Origin: Dipteris shenzhenensis
Lineage: Eukaryota
Assembly (NCBI GenBank): GCA_047967505.1
Contig: CM106538.1
DNA: 64,000 nucleotides
Reading direction: 5' to 3' (one strand)
Part shown: piece after piece, positions 61,330 to 64,000 of the stretch
Layout: every line of letters begins with the position of its first letter
Numbering within the stretch: the first letter of the stretch is position 1
Made by a program: the position numbers and the translations under genes
The notes under the pieces: generated by a model
Told to the model about the DNA's origin: nothing
Databases searched by the model: none
What the model saw: the letters and a program-made list of their open reading frames with translations, nothing else

Positions 61330-64000
61330 ATTCTTAGTCCATTTCTAGAAAATTCCTCCATCTCATCCTACAACAACTAGTCCCATAGTTGTTGAAGATG
61401 GTTAATGCATTGCTGAGTCTCACTTGTTCCTGAACCACCAAGATACAAAATCCATTTCTAGATTAGTATCACTTGGTTAAATGACACATTATTTCTAGCT
61501 ATCCAGATACACAAGGCGTTTTCTCTAATTATTGTCCAATATTCCTCTTTGATATTTTACATGCATCTCCCAAACAGATTGACTTCCAATTTATTGGCTC
61601 TCCTGTATTGATTTGGATATATTTCCAAATTGCTCTTTAGCAAGGGCATGCCATGAAAAGATGAAATATGTTTTCTTTGTAGTTGCACCTTCTACAAAGT
61701 CTATCCCCTTTGCTTATTTGGAGGCTTCTTGCATTGGTCCAAACTACCATGTATAGAATGTGCCAAAAGAGGGTGCAAATTTTCTCTTGGATTTTCCTAG
61801 ACCAAGTTTTTTCAAACCTACATTTCCATTTTTCCATACTGTAATGTAGGTTCCACCTACTACATAGCACTCTAAAAAGATCATCTATAGATAGAGAGGG
61901 TGTGGGTATAGAAAGGAAGTGTACACTGCCTATCCAATTGAATTCTTTGTTGTAGTTAGATGGGTTTCCCCTCTCCACTATTTATCACCATCCCATAGCT
62001 CTATTCTTCCCATAACTAGTGCTTGTAGATTGTTGTTCAAGGCAAACTCCCTTCTTATCACTAACCAAGTTTTCCATATTAGATTATCTTTGTCCCAAAA
62101 TTGAGACCCCAAGTCTAAAGGCCTTTCTTAAAGAGAAGTCTGGCTACATTCCAATTTTGCATCTGTTAAGGAGTTGTTCTTATGTATTACAGAGATCTAG
62201 ATGGAGTCCATTGTCATAAAAGCCCCCTTCCCTCAAAGCAAAATCTAGCTTGTTATATCCTCTACATCATGCCATAGGGACCTCTAGAATGGTGGGCTTC
62301 CTTTGGTAGAACATGGCTCTGATCCACGGATAGGAGAGAGTAGTGAAAATGTTTTCCATTTGGGGACCCTTACTAGTCTAATGTGTTTAGTGTTTCTCAT
62401 TTAGTAGCTGTGATGAGTCTTTGTCTAGAATTTAAACTACTTTAATAACTGATGTTGTTGCTTGCTTCTTGGTTGCTTGGTCTATGTTCACCACCCCTAA
62501 ACCACCATTAGTTTTTGGGGTTATACATAATGACCACCTGACTTTTGAGATTCTATTGTTACCTCTCCAGAAAAAGGATCTGCATAGTCTAATGAATTTC
62601 TCAAGTAGAAAGAAAGGTAGATGCCTATGGGATAAATATAGTGGTTAAGGACTAGCTTCCTTTTTGCTCCCCTCCACCTATCCAACTTTTTCTTGAATCT
62701 TTCTAGGAACCATTCCCATCTCTATTTCATGGTAATATGAAACCCCAAGGGTATCCCCAATAATCTAAATACTATACCTTTGGTAGCATGGTTGATAATT
62801 GAGCCAGAAGTAGATCAAAATGTGTCTAAATAGTCCATTACACCTTGAATATCCTGAGCTATGTTCTGTGGAGTGAGGTTTGTGTCATCTACAAACTGTG
62901 CCCATTTAGGAGTTCTATGCCTTTGGTTGTGCACTCTTCAATTTTCTTATAAAGTAGCCAGCCAAGAGCACCATCAGCAATTGCATATAGTAGGGGGGCT
63001 AAAGGAAGAACTTGCCTAATTGACCTTTCCAATTGAAAACGCTGTGTCATTTCTTCATTGACAAAGACCTTACCTTAAGCACTATTAAGAAAAGTTGCAT
63101 CTGAGACCCAAGAATAAGTCCTAGGCCCACGTCTTGAAGAGACTGTATAAGAAAATTGCACTCAAGCCTATCATCGGCTTTTCAAAATCCACTTTAAGAA
63201 AAAATATGTCATGTTTGGATTCTCTCGCATACTCACATCCTTCCCATATATCTATTATAGCTTCAAGAAGGTGCCTCCCTTTGATAAAGCCTTTCTGCTC
63301 TTTAAGTATCCATCTATCCATTCTCTTCTTAATTTTGAGGGCTAGAGCCTTTGCCAAAATTTTATACATGTAGTTTAGCATGGTTAATTTCTTCCTTGTT
63401 TCCCTCCTTGGGTATCAGCTTGATAATGCCTCATTAATGTGAGCTGGCAGCTATTGATTTGCCACACTCTTATTCCAAAGCATTAGTAGATGAGGCCCTA
63501 TGAGCTCCCAAAAAAACTTGTAGAACTCAATGGGGAGTGCCATCCTCACAAGGGGTCTTACTCTCATCCATTACATCCACATCCCTTTTAAGGTCATCAA
63601 ATGTGAGAGGAGTCTCTAGGCAAAAGTTGTCAAAGTTTTGTGTAGTATTTTGCCTAGCTTCTTGGCATATCTTCCTTTCCGTCTACACAAACTCATCAAG
63701 TACAGTGGGTGTAGAGAGCAACTCTCAATGGTCATATAGAGTATGTTTATTGTCCTCAAATTCTATGGATATTGTTCCATCCTTTTTCTTAAGAATAGGT
63801 ATTTCCTCATTTGTTCCCTTTCTTCTAATAAGTTTAAAGGTGTCTTTTGTAGGTCTGTCCATTTTTGCTGCCCACCATTTTTTGAAGTAAACCTTACTCT
63901 CATTTAGTCTTACTTTCTCTTGAGTTCTTAAAACTCTTTTGGCATTTAGTAGCTATTCTTAGCCCTAATTTTGGCTCTTCTTTTCCTTGCCATTTTTAGT
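61330..64000 (-). mobile_element. L1-type LINE ORF2 (RT + zf-RVT), degenerate, runs off the window end; related to the 22.5-kb LINE
   Basis: DGTPIEFYKFFWEL-like; MLNYMYKILAKALAL..EQKGFIKGRHLLEAII..KVDFEK; QFVDDT; FRLLGIPLG; GGLGV; CRRC..ENIFHLFMACP. Confidence 0.9.

Overview
Plant nuclear DNA that is almost entirely nested transposon debris, with no confidently identifiable host gene. It is depleted in CpG, has tRNA-iMet primer binding sites and long CT/CA microsatellites; a large-genome seed-free plant such as a fern is plausible, but that is inference only. Left half: decayed hAT and PIF/Harbinger remnants, a truncated LTR element, a ~1.7 kb CpG-rich non-TE island (12840-14560), a gag-only LTR element, L1-type LINE fragments and a Ty1/copia lacking RT. 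Right half: a large non-chromovirus-like Ty3/gypsy element (about 36080-57830) carrying three nested insertions. These are a compound copia block (38631-44643, TSD AACCA), a 5' LTR/PBS fragment sitting where RT-RH-INT should be (47411-49117), and a structurally complete copia (52161-57710, TSD ATCCC, 352-bp LTRs differing at 7 sites). An L1 LINE ends the window. Most notable: (1) the gypsy polyprotein appears to carry a second retropepsin-like domain fused after the integrase C-terminus, plus an extra 3' ORF with its own TATA box; (2) three different LTR families each place the PPT/LTR-start junction in the loop of a stem-loop; (3) a gag-only element family; (4) the unexplained CpG island.
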